NCBI GenBank assembly: GCA_964057225.1 | Contig: OZ059898.1 | Location: 10,106,001-10,170,000 of the forward strand | DNA: 64,000 nucleotides | From: Auanema rhodensis | Taxonomy: Eukaryota; Animalia; Nematoda | Direction of reading: 5' to 3' | Part shown: one piece after another, positions 59,153 through 64,000 of the stretch | Position numbering within the stretch: the first letter of the stretch is position 1 | Layout of the letters: each line of letters begins with the position of its first letter | Notes under the pieces: model-generated | Database searches by the model: none | Seen by the model: only the letters and a program-made list of their open reading frames with translations | Told to the model about the DNA's origin: nothing | Program-made: the position numbers and the translations under genes

Positions 59153-60409
59153 TTCGAAAATGTTAGATTGTTTCCGAAAAATTATGAAAAGTCAAGTTCT
59201 ACTGATTTGAAGAGAATTGTAAGTTTTAGAAAATAATTAAAAATTAGTTCTCTCTACTATTAACTGATTGTCGGCTAAAATATGGTAACAGTTTTTATAA
59301 AAAGTTTCCATGATTAGGATTAAACAAAAAAAAGAATTAAAGAGAAACACTTTTTGTTTACTTATTTGATTATAATACTTGAAATTCCAAAAACAGTAGA
59401 ATAAAATTGAGAAATCGACAAAAACAGTTGAACGATTTGAAGAGAATTGTAAGTTTTAGAAAAGAACTAAAGTTCAGCTATCTCTACTATTAACTGACTA
59501 TCGGCTAGAATAAGGTAACAGTTTTTATTGAAAGTTTCCATGATTAAGATTGAACAAAAAAAAGAATTAAAAAGAAACACTTTTTGTTTACTTACTTGAT
59601 TATAATACTTGAAATTCCAAAAACAGTAAAATAAAATTGAGAAAGCGACAAAAACAGTTGAACGATTTGAAGACAATGGTAAGTTTAAGAAAAGAATTAA
59701 AGTTTAGCTTTGTCTACTATTAACTGATTATCGGCTGAAATATGGTGACATTTTTTTTTTAAAAGTTTCCATGATTAGGATTAAACAAAAAAAAGAATTA
59801 AAGAGAAACACTTTTTGTTTACTTATTTGATTATAATACTTGAAATTCCAAAAACAGTAGAATAAAATTGAGAAATCGACAAAAACAGTTGAACGATTTG
59901 AAGACAATTGTAAGTTTAAGAAAAGAATTAAAGTTTAGCTTTGTCTACTATTAACTGATTATCGGCTGAAATATGGTGACAGTTTTTTTTTTAAAAATTT
60001 CCATGATTAAGATTAAACAAAGAAAAAAAAATCAAAGAGAAACACTTCTTGTTTACTTATTTGATTATAACACTTGAAATTCCAACAAAAGTAAAGTAAA
60101 ACTGTTAAAGCGAGTAAAACTGTTGAACGATTTGAAGACAATTGTAAGTTGAAGAAAAAAATTAAAAATAAGTTCTCTCTACTATTAACTGAATGTCGGC
60201 TGAAATAAGGTAACAGTTTTTATTAAAAGTTTTCATGATTTAGATTAAACAAAGAAAAAAAATCAAAGAGAAACACTTCTTGTTTACTAATTTGATTATA
60301 ACACTTGAAAATCCAACAAAAGTAAAATAAAACTGTGAAAGCGGGTAAAACTGTTGAACTAAAACAGTCTTTATAAAATATAAATGATATATTTTTATAA
60401 AAGTGAAGT

Positions 60410-60480
60410 TGCATCGGCCGGGAATCGAACCCGGGTCGCCCGCGTGGCAGGCGAGCATTCTACCACTGAACCACCGATGC
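60410..60480 (-). tRNA. tRNA-Gly: tRNA-Gly(GCC)
   Basis: Identical to the consensus copy. Confidence 0.97.
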
Positions 60481-61271
60481 TTCGAAAATGTTAGATTGTT
60501 TCCGAAAAATTATGAAAAGTCAAGTTCTACTGATTTGAAGAGAATTGTAAGTTTTAGAAAATAATTAAAAATTAGTTCTCTCTACTATTAACTGATTGTC
60601 GGCTAAAATATGGTAACAGTTTTTATAAAAAGTTTCCATGATTAGGATTAAACAAAAAAAAGAATTAAAGAGAAACACTTTTTGTTTACTTATTTGATTA
60701 TAATACTTGAAATTCCAAAAACAGTAGAATAAAATTGAGAAATCGACAAAAACAGTTGAACGATTTGAAGAGAATTGTAAGTTTTAGAAAAGAATTAAAG
60801 TTCAGCTATCTCTACTATTAACTGACTATCGGCTAGAATAAGGTAACAGTTTTTATTGAAAGTTTCCATGATTAAGATTGAACAAAAAAAAAATTAGAGA
60901 GAAACACTTCTTGTTTACTTACTTGATTATAATACTTGAAATTCCAAAAACAGTAAAGTAAAACTGTTAAAGCGAGTAAAACTGTTGAACAATTTGAAGA
61001 CAATTGTAAGTTGAAAAAAAAAATTAAAGTTTAGCTCTCTCTACTATTAACTGAATGTCGGCTAAAATATGATAACAGTTTTTATTAAAAGTTTCCATGA
61101 TTAAGATTAAACAAAGAAAAAAAATCAAAGAGAAACACTTCTTGTTTACTAATTTGATTATAACACTTGAAATTCCAACAAAAGTAAAATAAAACTGTGA
61201 AAGCGGGTGAAACTGTTGAACTAAAACAGTCTTTATAAAATATAAATGATATTTTTTTATAAAAGTGAAGT

Positions 61272-61343
61272 TGCATCGGCCGGGAATCAAAACCCGGGTC
61301 GCCCGCGTGGCAGGCGAGCATTCTACCACTGAACCACCGATGC
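61272..61343 (-). pseudogene. tRNA-Gly: tRNA-Gly(GCC) probable pseudogene (broken B box)
   Basis: T loop reads GGTTTTGATTCC instead of GGTTCGATTCC, which destroys the B box and creates an internal TTTT. Confidence 0.8.
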
Positions 61344-62138
61344 TTCGAAAATGTTAGATTGTTTCCGAAAAATTATGAAAAGTCAAGTTCTACTGATTTG
61401 AAGAGAATTGTAAGTTTTAGAAAATAATTAAAAATAAGTTCTCTCTACTATTAACTGATTGTCGGCTAAAATATGGTAACAGTTTTTTTAAAAAGTTTCC
61501 ATGATTAGGATTAAACAAAAAAAAGAATTAAAAAGAAACACTTCTTGTTTACTTACTTGATTATACTACTTGAAATTCGAAAAAAAGTAAAAAACAATTG
61601 AGAAAGCGACATAAACAGTTGAACGATTTGAAGAGAATTGTAAGTTTAAGAAAAGAATTAAAGTTTAGCTTTGTCTACTATTAACTGATTATCGGCTGAA
61701 ATATGGTGACAGTTTTTTATTAAAAGTTTCCATGATTAAGATTAAACAAAGAAGAAAAAATCAAAGAGAGACACTTGTTGTTTACTTATTTGATTATAAT
61801 ACTTGAAATTCCAAAAACAGTAGAATAAAACTGTTAAAGCGAGTAAAACTGTTGAACGATTTCAAGACAATTGTAAGTTGAAGAAAAAAATTAAAGTTTA
61901 GCTCTCTCTACTATTAACTGAATGTCGGCTGAAATAAGGTAACAGTTTTTATTAAAAGTTTCCATGATTTAGATTAAACAAAGAAAAAAAATCAAAGAGA
62001 AACACTTCTTGTTTACTAATTTGATTATAACACTTGAAAATCCAACAAAAGTAAAATAAAACTGTGAAAGCGGGTAAAACTGTTGAACTAAAACAGTCTT
62101 TTTAAAATATAAATGATATATTTTTATAAAAGTGAAGT

Positions 62139-62209
62139 TGCATCGGCCGGGAATCGAACCCGGGTCGCCCGCGTGGCAGGCGAGCATTCTACCACTGAAC
62201 CACCGATGC
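62139..62209 (-). tRNA. tRNA-Gly: tRNA-Gly(GCC)
   Basis: Identical to the consensus copy. Confidence 0.97.
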
Positions 62210-62772
62210 TTCGAAAATGTTAGATTGTTTCCGAAAAATTATGAAAAGTCAAGTTCTACTGATTTGAAGAGAATTGTAAGTTTTAGAAAAGAATTAAAGT
62301 TCAGCTATCTCTACTATTAACTGATTATCGGCTAAAATAAGGTAACAGTTTTTATTGAAAGTTTCCATGATTAAGATTAAACAAAGAAAAAAAATCAAAG
62401 AGAAACACTTCTTGTTTACTTATTTGATTATAATACTTGAAATTCCAAAAACAGTAAAATAAAATTGAAAAAGCGACAAAAACAGTTGAACGATTTGAAG
62501 ACAATTGTAAGTTGAAGTATAAAATTAAAGTTTAGCTCTCTCTACTATTAACTGAATGTCGGCTAAAATATGGTAACAGTTTTTATTAAAAGTTCCCATG
62601 ATTAAGATTAAACAAAGAAAAAAAATCAAAGAGAAACACTTCTTGTTTACTTATTTGATTATAATACTTGAAATTCCAAAAACAGTAAAATAAAACTGTG
62701 AAAGCGGGTAAAACTGTTGAACTAAAACAGTCTTTATAAAATATAAATGATATTTTTTTATAAAAGTGAAGT

Positions 62773-62843
62773 TGCATCGGCCGGGAATCGAACCCGGGTC
62801 GCCCGCGTGGCAGGCGAGCATTCTACCACTGAACCACCGATGC
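62773..62843 (-). tRNA. tRNA-Gly: tRNA-Gly(GCC)
   Basis: Identical to the consensus copy. Confidence 0.97.
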
Positions 62844-63635
62844 TTCGAAAATGTTAGATTGTTTCCGAAAAATTATGAAAAGTCAAGTTCTACTGATTTG
62901 AAGAGAATTGTAAGTTTTAGAAAATAATTAAAAATTAGTTCTCTCTACTATTAACTGATTGTCGGCTAAAATATGGTAACAGTTTTTATAAAAAGTTTCC
63001 ATGATTGAGATTAAACAAAAAAAAGAATTAAAGAGAAACACTTCTTGTTTACTTACTTGATTATACTACTTGAAATTCGAAAAAAAGTAAAAAACAATTG
63101 AGAAAGCGACATAAACAGTTGAACGATTTGAAGAGAATTGTAAGTTTAAGAAAAGATTTAAAGTTTAGCTTTGTCTACTATTAACTGATTATCGGCTAAA
63201 ATAAGGTAACAGTTTTTATTGAAAGTTTCCATGATTAAGATTAAACAAAGAAAAAAATCAAAGAGAAACACTTCTTGTTTACTTACTTGATTATAATACT
63301 TGAAATTCCAAAAACAGTAAAATAAAATTGAAAAAGCGACAAAAACAGTTGAACGATTTGAAGACAATTGTAAGTTGAAGAATAAAATTAAAGTTCAGCT
63401 CTCTCTACTATTAACTGAATGTCGGCTAAAATATGGTATCAGTTTTTATTAAAAGTTTCCATGATTAAGATTAAACAAAGAAAAAAAATCAAAGAGAAAC
63501 ACTTCTTGTTTACTAATTTGATTATAACACTTGAAAATCCAACAAAAGTAAAATAAAACTGTGAAAGCGGGTAAAACTGTTGAACTAAAACAGTCTTTAT
63601 AAAATATAAATGCTATATTTTTATAAAAGTGAAGT

Positions 63636-63706
63636 TGCATCGGCCGGGAATCGAACCCGGGTCGCCCGCGTGGCAGGCGAGCATTCTACCACTGAACCAC
63701 CGATGC
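63636..63706 (-). tRNA. tRNA-Gly: tRNA-Gly(GCC)
   Basis: Identical to the consensus copy. Confidence 0.97.
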
Positions 63707-64000
63707 TTCGAAAATGTTAGATTGTTTTCGAAAAATTATGAAAAGTCAAGTTCTACTGATTTGAAGAGAATTGTAAGTTTTAGAAAATAATTAAAAATTA
63801 GTTCTCTCTACTATTAACTGATTGTCGGCTAAAATATGGTAACAGTTTTTATAAAAAGTTTCCATGATTGAGATTAAACAAAAAAAAGAATTAAAGAGAA
63901 ACACTTCTTGTTTACTTACTTGATTATACTACTTGAAATTCGAAAAAAAGTAAAAAACAATTGAGAAATCGACAAAAACAGTTGAACGATTTGAAGAGAA

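Larger units (their letters stand above)
48220..64000. repeat. tRNA-Gly / satellite array, segment 5 (continues past the window end)
   Basis: Same monomer and cassette. Confidence 0.97.

Noticed and set aside
3250-63640. Dozens of repeated 60-117 aa ORFs (MQLHFYK..., MLACHAG..., MKLHRPG..., MSSNRST...)
   Set aside because: They are chance translations of the tRNA cassette and satellite; lengths and frames change with poly-A/T indels.
2933-64000. CRISPR-like array (identical 71-bp repeats with spacers)
   Set aside because: The repeats are tRNA genes, the spacers are themselves repeats of hundreds of bp, the context is eukaryotic and there are no cas genes.

Overview
AT-rich eukaryotic DNA, probably an invertebrate animal; a nematode is plausible but not provable here. 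The backbone is a tandem array of 33 minus-strand tRNA-Gly genes (27 identical GCC copies, 6 variants) separated by variable numbers of a ~232-bp satellite monomer. Four different LTR elements interrupt the array, all with a tRNA-Gln-type primer-binding site (PBS): E1 (1-2932, minus, 5' end only), E2 (13731-17883, minus, no pol, unknown ORFs), E3 (22645-35213, plus, internal duplication/inversion) and E4 (36561-46655, minus, intact; a later 1564-bp duplication adds a third LTR). E3 and E4 are Ty3/Gypsy-type elements whose single polyprotein has the unusual order Gag - internal signal peptide - class III (gB/chuvirus-like) glycoprotein - TM - PR - RT - RNase H - IN. The three complete elements have 4-bp target-site duplications and LTRs ending in CG rather than CA. 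E2 and E4, and probably E1, sit 47-62 bp upstream of a tRNA-Gly gene. The best candidate for a little-described system is an enveloped, tRNA-gene-targeting Gypsy lineage with a non-autonomous partner and accessory genes. All protein family assignments are by eye from motifs; no database search was run.
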